Assembly (NCBI RefSeq): GCF_963921235.1
Contig: NC_086097.1
Coordinates: 234,920,001-234,984,000, forward strand
Length of the DNA stretch: 64,000 nt
DNA from: Mobula hypostoma
Taxonomy: Eukaryota
Reading direction: 5' to 3'
Shown here: positions 37,260-49,379 of the stretch, piece by piece
Layout of the letters: each line of letters opens with the position of its first letter
Numbering within the stretch: position 1 is the stretch's first letter
Program-made: the position numbers and the translations under genes
The notes under the pieces: generated by a model
What the model was told of the DNA's origin: nothing
Databases searched by the model: none
Seen by the model: the letters and a program-made list of their open reading frames with translations, nothing else

Positions 37260-37820
37260 CCCAGATGTGACCTAATTAGCATTTTATAAAGCTGCAACAT
37301 AACTTCCTGACTTTAGAACTCAGTGCCTTGACAAATAAAAACAAACATGCCACGTTCCTTCTTAACCGCCTTATAACCTGCACAGCCACTTTCAGGGAGC
37401 TATGAACTTCTACCGCAAGATCCCTCTGCTCAACAACACTGTTAAGAGTCTTGTCCTTAAGAGGGTACTGTCCCTTTTCATGTGACCTACCAAGGTGCAA
37501 CACTTCACATTTGCCCGGGTTAAGTTCCATCTTCCGTTTTTCCACTCATATCTGCAACAGATTTATATCCCATTGTATATTTTGCCTGTCTTCTCACTAT
37601 CTACAACACCACTATTCTTCATATCATCAGCAATCTTACTGAGCCACCCTTCTGCATTTTCATCCAGGTCATTTAAATATGTCACAGACTGCCGAGGTCC
37701 TAGTACAGATCCCTGAGGAACATCACTAATGTCAGACCTACAGTAGAACCTTTGACTACTACCCTCTGTCTTCTAATGATAGAGACAGTCCTGAAACCAA
37801 ACCAACAACTCACCATGGAT
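37260..37820 (-). mobile_element. Degenerate CR1 RT fragment
   Basis: MELNPGKCEVLHLGRS and VPQGSVLGP motifs on the minus strand. Confidence 0.82.
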
Positions 37821-37834
37821 TTCAATATACATGT

Positions 37835-38120
37835 GATAAGCAAATACAGTAAATGAATCTGAATCTGAATCTATTTAACCCTTTTCTCAGTCCACCAGGG
37901 GACCAAGAAGAACCAACCAGGGGACATTTTCTGGTTGGCTGCTGGTGTCCACAGGCGTATGTACATCTTTGGACTGTGGGAGGAAACCAGAGCACCTGGA
38001 GGAAACCCATGTGGTCATGAGGAGAACATACAAATTCCTACAGGCGGTGGCAGGAATTAAACCCGTGTTGCCTGCATTGCAAAGCATTGTGCTAACCACT
38101 ATGCTACCATGCTGCCCTGG
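37835..38120 (-). mobile_element. tRNA-derived V-SINE-like element (similar at about 32100-32330 -, 32650-32978 -, 45650-45965 +, 60262-60520 +)
   Basis: Head GGCAGCATGGTAGCATAGTGGTTAGC (A box), GGGTTTAATTCC (B-box-like) and the V-domain-like GAATTTGTATGTTCTCC...GGGTTTCCTCCAGGTGCTCTGGTTTCCTCCCACA. Confidence 0.8.
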
Positions 38121-38344
38121 TGTGGTGCCCGAAGATTGTGGGATAAATCTGGGTGCCCATTCTGATCTTGTGGTAAAGGCACTGGGTACATTTGCCAGGA
38201 ACGTGGCCATTCAGTCTTAGCTAAGAAAGGTAAATGAGGGAAAGTCAGTAATAACTTGTTAAAGCCCCGTTTAAATTCTTTCAAAGCTCATTAATATAGT
38301 AAAAGAGATCATCTGTATTAATTGTATATACATTATATTAATGA

Positions 38345-38706
38345 CAACTCCCCCCTCGGTGTGATAGGGAGTTGTCTATCCCAGCGTGTGAAGACAGACT
38401 CTGGCGGATTGAGCGGACAAGACCAATGGAAGGTCCAACGGTCAAGAAGGCGGTCTCTGCAAGCATCGTGGAACGTGTAGAGCAGGACAAGACACAGAAG
38501 ACGTCCTGGTCATCCACTGCGCCTAGTCCCATCTCCAGCCGTCTCGACTCTGTCTTGCCACTGGATCCAGATGGGAATTGGGAAGAGAGAGTGAGGCTGA
38601 CGCTGCGCAACTCTCCTTCACTTAAATTCAAGTCACGCGCTAGTCTCGACACCATCAATAATGGTGTCGAGGTCCTCATCGATGTCAACGATGGACGAAC
38701 AACAAC
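38345..38706 (+). mobile_element. Non-autonomous RTE-derived element with (AAC)n tail and 10-bp TSD
   Basis: TSD ATATTAATGA (38335-44) and ATGTTAATGA (38707-16). Ends CGATGGACGAACAACAAC. CpG-rich, suggesting it is young. Confidence 0.72.
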
Positions 38707-39799
38707 ATGTTAATGATCATCTCATTAACGTAATGCATGTAGAATATAAAGTCTTCCAAAAAGCATTTTTGAAGGACTCTACATTGACATATTCTGAATT
38801 AGGAAATGAAGTACGCTTTTGTCTCAATTACACTCTGTTGTAATGGTGCTGTCTTCACTGTCCACAAAACCCTCACTATAGGGAGGGTATACTGTAAACA
38901 CCTACTCTACAAAGACTAGCTTACTTCTCTGTCTAGTCTCTGTGGCACGGTCTAGCTGATAATCCCCACTATTTGACTGGTGGTTCCCCACTCTCTGCCA
39001 AGGAGGAGACACTTCTAACTAACGCAATTAAACACATCTAAATCTCTGGTCTACAAGCTTTCGTGAACTCTGTCATAATGGCAGAAGTCATGTAGCCAGT
39101 GTCATCTGGTTTGAAGTCAAAAGACAATAAGGCATAGGAGCAGAATTAGGCCATTTGGCCCATCAAGCCTGTTCCACCATTCCTTTATGACTGATTATTA
39201 TCCCTCTCAAATCTACTCTCCTGCCTTCTCCCTGTAACTTTTGATGTCCTTACTATTAAAAAACCTATCAACCACCTTTTCAAATATACCCAGTGACCCA
39301 GCCATCTGTGACAATGAATTCCACAGACTCACCACTCAATTAGCATAACCTCATTGTTTTATGTTGATTAAACATGCCCCCACGCCAAAAAAAAAGAGTT
39401 TAATTGTTTACAACCAAAAGCTGAGCAAGGAATATTGATTAGAAGTTTAACTTTGTCACAAACAACTCTGACCCTTCGGAAAAACCATGCTGCTGTGCTA
39501 GAAAGTGGAGGTCAGCAATAAGCCTCTTGGGTCCTGGAAAGTGACAATCAATACACTGCATCCAGTTGCCCATAACTCCTGATGACCAAGCAGACAAATA
39601 TCTATTGTTTTCACTCCTGAATATATTCAGTGAGTCAAACTCAACAGTAATTCAACATGTCTGGAAAGTGGATGAAGGGAAGGGGAGGCATTCATTTCAA
39701 ATGGTGATCGGTTTTGCTGTGTTGGGTTGGCAGAAACAGTTATCTCTTGCAAACAGCTCAATAAGCGATGGCATTCATTCGAAATAATTGGTAACAATG

Positions 39800-40398
39800 A
39801 GTAATACAGCAAGGCCTCTGTCAGTCTGGGTCGAACATCCATGGTCTAGATGTCCTAGCTGTCTAGATATGCAAGCCTGGGCAGTACGATATGGAGAACA
39901 AGCTGTTACCCGTGTAGGAGGCTCCCCTTCTCCAGGCATCTGATGAATCCAAAGGAACGGCAGAGATCGATCTAGTTTGGTCCCAGCAACATCAAAGGAG
40001 TTGCCATTCTGCATTGAACTCAACGTAAGCCTGCCTTAGGGTCTCCAGCTCCAGATTTTTACCTTGGGGTTTATTTCCAAAGCCTCCCTATGAGTGGGTA
40101 TAGTCAGAAGGCAGGGGAGGTTTGAGAATAGAGTTTTTCTTCTAGATGAGCTGCCAACCATGGCTGACAAGACCCATCTGCTCGAAACGACAGGTTTTAG
40201 GGCATCAGTGACCTGCCTTTGCCCTTTCTCCTTTTAGTAGAAATAGTTCCTCCAGGCTTAGCGGCCAAGCCACATGTGACGGTCAGGAGCTGGACCTGGT
40301 TGTCAGAGACCATTTGAGTTATGCATCACTGGGGGTACACAATAGGTGGTGGGAGCTTGTCCCCATTAACATTCCCGGTTATACCAACCTAAGGAACC
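39800..40398 (-). mobile_element. Bipartite non-autonomous RTE element with 14-bp TSD
   Basis: TSD AATTGGTAACAATG (39786-99) and AATTAGTAACAATG (40399-412). RTE-type 5'UTR motifs (GGTTGGCAGCTCATCTAG-AAGAAAAACTC) and no ORF. Confidence 0.75.
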
Positions 40399-40559
40399 AA
40401 TTAGTAACAATGCTACAATGGAAATGATAAGATTTTCTTTCTGCACACATGGTTGTCAAGACCTAGAATACTCAACATGAAGTGGTGGTGATGATAGGAT
40501 CACAAGGGCCCTCAACTAAAGAAGCTTGGTTTATCAAGTTACTGCACAATAATAGGGGC

Positions 40560-40920
40560 TCAGGACAAAATGGGTAGCTTATTCCAAGAGATAGCCCATA
40601 TATAATAAGCCAAAACCTCTTCCTGCTGTGCAAGACCTGGTGTGTCACAGTACCTGCTCACGCGACTGGACCCAAGTGCAGAGAAATGCCAGGCTCTCTC
40701 TCTGAGGCATGACCAAGCGCCACCATGAAAAAATTCATTCTCCACAAACACCACCAGATTGCACTGACAGAGCACAATGACTGTCCCCTTTAAACGATCA
40801 TCAAGCTGGGGATACACGTGACGGTCACAATCAACCTGGCATGAGTAAATACAGGTGCTCAAAACCCCGAAGCTGTACGGTGAGCCACAGAGGCCCGAAA
40901 GGCTCATCACAAAGTGATTC
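40560..40920 (+). mobile_element. Possible highly decayed Vingi/Ingi-like LINE 3' remnant
   Basis: Frameshift-tolerant reading resembles LNR..G...GHN...W...C..C.GEPQ. Weak. Confidence 0.3.
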
Positions 40921-41199
40921 CAATGAAGGTCCTGGTTTAAAGGAAATCAAGATCAATATCAAGATTCATTTTATTATCAAAGAATGTATAAGTTATACAA
41001 CCTTGAGATGTGCTTGGTCATATGGTAATTGGTGTGGTTTTTTAAAGTTTTTTTAAATGTAGCTTTTTGACAGCAAAATCTGGTTTAATAACACCAGCAT
41101 ATGTCGTGAAATTTGTTAACTTTGCAGCAGCAGTACAATGCAATAAATAATAATCGAGAAAAAACTGTGAATTACAGCAAGTATATATATATATTTATA

Positions 41200-41605
41200 T
41201 GGTTGGCTGGTATCCATCTGTCTCAGAGGGCAATGGGTGATGATGATCATCATCACAAGCCTGGACAGAAGGTATGGAGATCCTGAGGTGCCCAGTCATC
41301 AAGTTCCCCCTCTCAGTGTAGTCCAAAGGAAAGCTTATGAAGCAAAACATTTGGCACCAGCTTGGCTGCAGGAGCTGCCGGAAGGATGTTCAATGACGTC
41401 CGGTTGCCTCAGGATTTGTTGTTCGGGGTTTATGCCTGTAGCCTTCACCTCTCCCAAGGCCGCCCACAAGGCAGTGGTCTACTTACCCATAGCTGGAGAT
41501 CTCGTTCACGAGCTCCAGGGCATGTCACACACCGGTGGGCCTGCATGCTACGTGTGCAGGAGCCAGCCCTCCTCCCTGTCCTCTGCCATTCAGCCCGGGA
41601 TCAAG
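41200..41605 (-). mobile_element. Non-autonomous RTE-derived element
   Basis: Shares GGTGCCAAA...CCTTTGGA...GAGAGGGG...CTGGGCA...CTCCATAC...CCAGGCTTG blocks with 39800-40398 and 54950-55100. Confidence 0.6.
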
Positions 41606-43064
41606 AGGAGTTCAGTTTCCATGTGTCACAGTGAGGAGGCTTGTTATTGGAGAGGCTATGCAATGCCAGGGAGAAACTGACACATTCAACTCTCTTTTTC
41701 CACAAGACAAGTAGAGAGGTAGTGCTCAAGGGTTCAATGTCCATTCAGAACTCGGATGATAGCAGGGAAGAAGCTATTCCTGGATCACCGAGTGTGTGTC
41801 TTCAGGCTTTTGAACCTCCTTCATGGTGGTAGCAATGAGAAGAGGGCTTATCTTGGGTGATGGGGAACGTTAATAATGGACGCCTCCTTTCAGAGACATC
41901 GCTCCTTGTAGATGTCCTGGAATCTAGGAAGGCCAGTGCACATAATGGAGTTGACTAAGTTTACAACTCTCTGCAACTTATTTTGATCCTGTGTAGTAGC
42001 AAACCCTGCCCTCCCCCCGTCCACCCATACCAGATGGTGATGCAGCCAATTAGAGTGTTCTCCAGGATACATCTGTAGACATTTTCCAGTGTTTGATGAC
42101 ACTTTCATGCAGATATTATGTTGATAAATAATATAAAGAGATTGCTGCAGGGTTATAATACGAATGATTTTCAACACAAATGTATTTATAATTAAGATTT
42201 ACTTGCCTTTAGAACCACCAGAACTTTGTTGCATAATAATTGTTTTTGCCTTCATTCAATTCCCTTTTGACCACTTACATTTTTGCCAATCAAGTGCTTT
42301 GTGTGGTGGTGCGCTGAACTGCGCCAGTCAGTGTAAAATGGCTCCTACTTTCTATATTACAAATAATAATTATCACTGAAAACTGTGCAACTTTTATGTC
42401 ATTATATCAATGTTTTAATTTGCTAAACATCTGGGGCTTTCCTATGATTAATTGCTGTTGAGCACCTAAGAGTTGTATATTCATCAGAATTTATGCTGAG
42501 ACCACGTTTGTCGCTGATGAACACAGTCGCAACTTCAGCCATTTTTACTTCTTTATCATTTCACTACAAGGATGTGGTTATGAAACATGACCCCTGGGAA
42601 ATAAATGTGCCTTACATTTCATGAAGTGCCACCAGCTAAAGGAAATTACTTCTGTGCTAAAAATGCAGGTCCTCACAATCAATCTATCCTCGTAGGAAAG
42701 GGCTTACAGAATACACGCTTTTTAAAAAATTTAAGACAATTTACTACTCCAGTCACTGTAGCAAAGCAAAGCAAAACTTAATTTGGATCTATTTCCAGAA
42801 AAAAAATAGAATAATATTTTTCTCATTATGATTCACAGCAACTTAAATGATTACACTTTGGACTTATTGGAATTTGAAACTGCTTATCAAAAAAACTGCT
42901 TTTGGATCTATGCAATATATTGATTTCACCTTTCATTGCTGGCAGAATTCACAGCCAAACAAAAGCAGATGAACAACTCACTACCTGCAAATTCCCCTTC
43001 AGTTTCCTTTCCAGTGTCACATTACTATACTTTAGGTTAGCAAAGAACACAGAAAATGAATGGA

Positions 43065-43341
43065 AAACATCTTCTTGCCTGCCCATCGCCTCCTTCTGGT
43101 GCTCGTCACCACTTTTCTTTCTTCCATGGCCTTCTGTCTCTTTCACCGTTCAACTTCCCAGCTCTTTACTTCATTCCCCCCCCCCTTTAGGTTTCATTTA
43201 TCTCTCTCCCCTCACCCCCCACTTTAAATCTACTCCCTAGCTTTTTCTCTCCATTCCTGCCGAAGGGTTTCGACCCGAAACATCGACTGTACTCCTTTCC
43301 GTAGATGCTGAGTTCCTTCAGCATTTTGTGTGTGTTGCTCA
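43065..43341 (+). mobile_element. Penelope pLTR fragment with degenerate hammerhead (43253-43288)
   Basis: ATTC-CTGCCGA-AGGGTTTCGACCC-GAAAC-ATC-GACT within a CT-rich UTR. Confidence 0.7.
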
Positions 43342-43664
43342 GAAAAAAAAAATTCTTTAGTTAAAGTGGCAAAAGTTCCCTGGTTCAGGAACAGTTATTA
43401 TCCAACAACCACTAGGCTCCTGAACCAGCATGGATAATTTCATTCAACTCAAGATTTATCCTCTGAGTCACATACGATGACTATCAGTCTTTGTTATGTA
43501 TGGTTCTTCATAAACTCCAATTTCATTAATATTCTTGTAAATGCCTGGAAGAAAATGAATCTCAAGGATATATATGGTATTCATTCTTTGAAAATTGTAA
43601 AGCAACCAAGCTGCAGGAATATTACACAGCATAGAAAATTTTCCCAAGGAAAACTTGAGTCGTA

Positions 43665-44190
43665 ACACAGTTAAATTTAAGGGGATCATGAAGGGAAACT
43701 TCTTCACTCAGAGGGTCGTGAGGTAGTGGAATAATCTGTCACTTCAAGTGGTACATGCAAGCTCAATTTCAACATTTAAGAGAAGTTTGAATAGTTATAT
43801 GGATGGTAGGGGTATGGAGGACTATGGTTCCAGAGCAGCTTGATGGGAGTTGGTAGTTTAAATGGTTCAGCATGACCTAGATGGGCTGAAGACCACAAGA
43901 CCACAAGACAAAGGAGCAGAAGTCGGCCATTCGGCCCATCGAGTCTGCTCCGCCATTTTATCATGAGCTGATCTATTCTCCTATTTAGTCCCACTCCCCC
44001 GCCTTCTCAACATAACCTTTGATGCCCTGGCTACTCAGATACCTATCAATCTCTGCCTTAAATACACCCAATGACTTGGCCTCCACTGCTGCCCGTGGCA
44101 ACAAATTCCATAGATTCACCACCCTCTGGCTAAAAAAATTTCTTCGCAAAGGGCTTGTTTCTGTGCTGTACTTTTCAACGATTCTATAAC
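43665..44190. mobile_element. CR1 3' end (+) interrupted by a younger CR1 3' end (-, about 43890-44147)
   Basis: GGGCTGAA|...|AGGGCTTGTTTCTGTGCTG hairpin split by a minus copy with a (TGTGGTCT)n-like tail and RRNFFSQRVVNLWN. Confidence 0.78.
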
Positions 44191-46228
44191 TGTATGTAAT
44201 CTTTTTAACAAAAGACAATGACTTTGTTAGTGTTTTTGTTCTTTGTAAATTTTCTATCTCATGAGAAAAACATCTTTGCTATACATGATTCTCAAACCTA
44301 ACGATTAGAATCATTGGTCATATGATTTCACTGGCTAATTTAATCATGATGGGAATTTTCCTTTAAACTCCCAGAATAGAATCGGGTACAAGGTATAGTT
44401 TGAAAAGTTTGAATCATTTTTTAAAACCTCACCAAGACTTTGACAGGTTTCTGTGATTCAATAAAAGTAGAGAATAATTGCACTTGCATTCTAAAAGTCA
44501 CTTCCAGTAAAATGAAGTTATTTGCAGATGATGGGTTGACATTGTGCATGTGAAATGTTTGATATTCCTTTTTTTTTTGATAGTTCAAATTTTGCATTTT
44601 AATAGGAAGTCTAGTTCTCCTGACTTACGTTTCTCTGCAGGCAAAATGCAAGTATGAAGGGGAAAGATAATTTTCAAAATGAGAACAATTTTAGATGCAA
44701 TTTTTGCTTTGTTCTCTCTTCATGCCAGGCTGATTAAAGCTGACAGCAAGGTGACAGTGTTGGGTAATGTAATGGGTGACAGATGACACATATTGTTCAT
44801 AATAGAAACTGTTCTACATAATTCACAAACACCGCCATTGATTTGTTGTATTCACTTTAAGAGACGTTGTTTGACCTAATGATATTAGTGCAAGGAGATT
44901 GCTTTTGGTTTTGTTCATAATGGAAGTAAAGGCTGTCATTTTTTGTTGAGCATATAAAATGACTCTTGCATATTTTATTTACAAAATTCTACAAAAGTAA
45001 CTCCAATAATCATGCAGTCTATCCTATTAATTCATTAGCATTCGTGGAAAAAGTCACCCTTCTCATTTAACAATCTTAAATGTGCTTATCCCTATAACTG
45101 AAAACTTTAATTTCTTCATTTATAGTTTGCTGGACTGGACTTTACTCCAAAGGCTTCCCAACCACAAAATTATATCCTTCAGTATTTGTTTCAGAAATGT
45201 TATTTTATTACGAACATACAGTTTTTCCAACTATTTCCATAACTTAAAGAATAATGATCCATGGCATTGCTATTCTTTGTTTTTACTTTAGATACAATGG
45301 TTAATCTGTCAGTGGGACAGTTGATGCATTTTGATATTCTTCTATTTCAAGATCCCATTGCAGGATGGATTACAGTATTGTTTTGTGTGGTAACCAACAA
45401 AATAGTCAACCTGTTTATTCCTCTCTTTTCTTTATATCCGTTAAATTCTCAATCTATGCCAGTATATTACCGTTTGATTCGAAGAACTCTAATCATATTG
45501 ACTACCTTCCAGCAAAGGCCTTCTGGATATACAAAAATATTCATCAATTTGTTTACCATTCGGTCTTCAGCCAGTCATATCTTCTAAAATCTGCAATAAA
45601 TTAGTGAAACATTATCTGTTTTTGTTTTTATAAATTCAGGCCATCTCTTTGCATGGTAGCGTAGCGGCTAGGGCCAGCTGTAAGATCAGGGTATTAATCC
45701 CACTGCTCTCTGTAAGGAGTTTGTACGTTCTCCCTGTGACGTCAGGAGATTCTTCTGAATGCTCTGGTTTCTTCTGACGTTCCAGTGGTGTACAGGTTAG
45801 GGTTAGTAAGTTGTCGGCATGCTATGTTGGCACTGGTAACATTGCAGCAGTTCTGGGCTGCCCAGCACTATTGAAGTGGATTTTATTTGATGCAAATGAT
45901 ATATTGCGCTGTATGTTTTGATATACATATGATAAATAAAGCTAATCATTATCTCTTTATCTTTATCCTCCTACTTCTTGGTATATATTATTCTATGCTC
46001 TGTGGCCACTTTACTTAGTACTTCCTATACCTAATAAAGTGGTTACTGAGTGTATGCTTGTGATCTTCTCCTGCAGTAGCAGATCCACTTCCAGATTTAA
46101 TGTATTGTGCATTCAGAGACGCTCTTCTGCATACCACTATCATAATGTATGGTTACTTGAGTTGCTTTTGCCTTCCTGTCAGCTTGTATCGGTCTGGCCA
46201 TTCTCCTCTGACCTCTCTCATTAACAAG

Positions 46229-48902
46229 TGCCGTTCTCAGGCACCCCAAGAGGAAGCATCAAGATTAGTTCGATGAGAATAACAAGCAGAAACAGAAAGC
46301 CTTTGCAAGCTGGCTCAGTGATAGGCAGTCGACCTCCAAACATGACTGCTTGTAGCATCTCTGTAGTTAGGTCCAGGCTGAGCTACGGAAGATGAAAGAT
46401 CAGTGGTGGGAAGTCAAAGCTTCAGCACTACGCTGACCAGAACAACACAAAGAAGATATTTGATGGTCTAAAGGCAACGTACATTCCTCCAACATCATGG
46501 CACCGGTCCGCTCCTCACCGACCAATGCTGAGCAGACCATTTCAACCAGCTGTTAAACAAGCCATCCCAGATAGATGACCAGGCCACAGAGTCGCGATGT
46601 AATGATGCAGCTCTATAAAACTCTGGTTAGGCCACACTTGGAGTATTGTGTCCAGTTCTGGTCACCTCACTATAGGAAGGATGTGGAAGCATTGGAAAGG
46701 GTACAGAGGAGATTTACCAGGATGCTGCCTGGTTTAGAAAGTATGCATTATGATCAGAGATTAATGGAGCTATTTGGAGAGAAGGAGGATAAGAGGAGAC
46801 ATAATAGAGGTGTACAAGATAATAAGAGGAATAGATAGAGTGGATAGCCAGCGCCTCTTCCTCAGGGCACCACTGCTCAATACAAGAGGACATGGCTTTA
46901 AGGTAAGGGGTGGGAAGTTCAAGGGGGATATTAGAGGAAGGTTTTTTACTCAGAGAGTGGTTGGTGTATGGAATGCACTGCCTGAGTCAGTGGTGGAGGC
47001 AGATACACTAGTGAAGTTTAAGAGACTACTAGACAGGTATATGGAGGAATTTAAGGTGGGGGCTTATATGGGAGGCAGGGTTTGAGGGTCGGCACAACAT
47101 TGTGGGCCAAAGGGCCTGTACTGTGCTGTACTATTCTATGTTCTATGTTCTAATACATAACCCAGCACCCAGTCTTGGAAGCCCTTGATGATTCCCCCAT
47201 ATTGGTAGAAACTAGGAAGGCAGTCAACCAGCTGCAGCTAGGTAAGGCCCGGGCCTGGATAGGATTCCTCCATAAGTTTTCATGGAAGGTGGCAAAATCC
47301 TTCAGAGGCTGACAGAGCTCATGCAGTAGTTCTGGGAGAAAGCCTGTGTGCCACAGGACTTTAGGGATGTAAAGATCATTCACCTGTACAAGAACAAGGG
47401 GACAGGGCATCCTGTGACAACCACGAAGGCATATCTCTCCTGAGCATAGCCAGGAAGATCATGGCCCATATCATACTGAACAGAATTACCTCCCACCTCA
47501 TTGATGATGTTGTTTCAGAGAACCGGTGTCATTTCAGATCTAACAGTGGGACAAATCTTTGCTGTCAAGACAGATCCAAGAGAAGTGCCAGGAACAGAAC
47601 CAGAATCTCTACATCCTCTTCAGGTGGACCTGAAGATATTTAATACCATCAGTTGCACAGGTCTTCGGTGCATCCTTACCAAGTTAGGTTGCACCCAAGG
47701 TTGGTCAGAATTGTCAGGTCATTCCATGACGGCATGATGGCCAGGGTTATTGAAAATGGCTACATCTCTGACCCCTTCCTAGTAACTAACGGTCTCAACC
47801 AAGGCTATGTCCTTGCGCTTGCTCTGTTTAGCCTGTTGTTTGCCACGATGCTGTCTCTGCTCTCTCACAGACTGATGCAGGAATAACAATTTGCTGCAGG
47901 ACTGATGGACGCCTCTTCGATCTGCAATATCTCAAGGCCAAGATCAAAGTGCTGGAAGCAATAGTACGAAGCTTCCTATTTGCAGATGACTGTGCTCCTC
48001 CAGCTCACAGTGAAGTGGACCTGCGGGAGCTTACTGACTGCCTCGCTGTGGCAGCAAGAAAATTCAGCCTAACCACCAGCCTGCAGAAGACAGAGGTTCT
48101 TATTCAGCCTGCACCCCCATACCAACCCTGCGGAACCATGAATTGAGATTGAAGGCACACAGCTCAACAATGTTGATACCTTCACCTACCTGGGAAGCTG
48201 CCTCACTTCTACTGCAGTCTAGATTGAGAGGTCTCAAACAGATTTGCAAAAACTAGGGCATCCCTTGGTTGGCTATGGACACGTGTGTGGGGAGAACATG
48301 GTATCCAGCTGAAGACCAAGATGGCAGGCTACAGAGCAGTTGTCCTGGCTTCTCTGTTGTGAAACATGGACTCCATACCACAGGCACATCAAGATGCTTG
48401 AACAGTTCCATCTGCAATGCCTTTGCAAGATAATGGGGATCCCGTGGCAAGACAGAGTCCCCACAAATGGAGTGCTATGAAGGGCCAGGAGTTCTGGCAC
48501 AGAGACACTAATCATGAGGCTCAACTTCGATGGGTTGGGCATGTGGTCTGGATGGAAGACAACTGCCTCCCATAGATGGTATTCTTTTTTGAGCTGGCAC
48601 ACGACACCAGAAAGCAGGGAGGCCCCACAAAGCACATTAAAGACTGAATGTAGGTGTCCTTGAAGGCATGCAATAGTCCTGTGACTGGTTGGGAGGGCTT
48701 GGCCAAAGACCACAATGCCTGGCACCTGGCAGTCTATGAAGGCACCAGCATATTCGAAGAACAGCAGTTGAAGGACCTCAATCAAAAGCTCAAAAGCACC
48801 CGGACTGCAAGGAGAGACAGCCCAAACCTCCAATGGCCATAGCGTGCCCGAAATGCACTTTACATTTCCATTGTCATTCCCGATGGATTTCCAAGAAGAC
48901 TA
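46229..48902 (+). mobile_element. 5'-truncated degenerate RTE LINE with 37-bp TSD
   Basis: HFNQLLNKPS, SCDNHEGISLLSIARKI, FLFADDCA and RLRWVGHV motifs; CGATGGATTTCCAAGAAGA tail. Direct repeat at 46192-46228 and 48903-48939 with 2 mismatches. Confidence 0.9.
46588..47151 (+). mobile_element. CR1 3' fragment nested in the RTE
   Basis: LYKTLVRPHLEYCVQFWSPHYRKDV and (TTCTATG)n tail. RTE reading resumes afterwards. Confidence 0.93.
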
Positions 48903-49379
48903 GTTTGGCCATTCTCCTCTGACCTCTCTCACTAACAAGGCTTTTTCAACCACGATCCACCATTCAATGGATGTTTTTGGTTTTTCAAACAATTCTCTAA
49001 ATTCTAAGGACTGTTGTGTGCGAAAATCCCTAGCGATCAATGGTTTTAGAGATACCATCTCATCTGGCACCAACAGTTACTCCACAGTTAAAGTCACTTA
49101 GATCACATTTCTTCCCCATTCTGAAGTTTGATATGAACAGCAAATGAATCTTTTAACACTGGCTGCATGTTTTTATGCATGAGTTGCTGCCATATGATTG
49201 GCTGACCAGATATTTGCAATAATGATGTGTACAAGTTTACCTAATAAAATGGCCAGAGTGTAGATTCCAGCATTTTGACTACTGCTGATGTTAGATTAAT
49301 AATCCACTGTTTTCTATTTCACTCCTTTCTTAAATTTGCTGCCCTCCAATATGTATAATGATAGTAACCAATACATGCA

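Larger units (their letters stand above)
45996..49260 (-). mobile_element. Non-autonomous Tc1-like DNA transposon split by an RTE insertion
   Basis: TA-flanked TIRs (GTGGCCACTTTA.. and ..TACCTAATAAAATGGCCAGAGTG). Minus-strand transposase N-terminus MGKKCDLSDF... from 49119, continuing LVNERGQRRMAR..QADRKA at 46228-46060. Confidence 0.85.

Noticed and set aside
38868..38885. AACCCTCACTATAGGGAG, resembling phage T3/T7 promoters
   Set aside because: Lacks the upstream promoter bases and any vector context; most likely chance.
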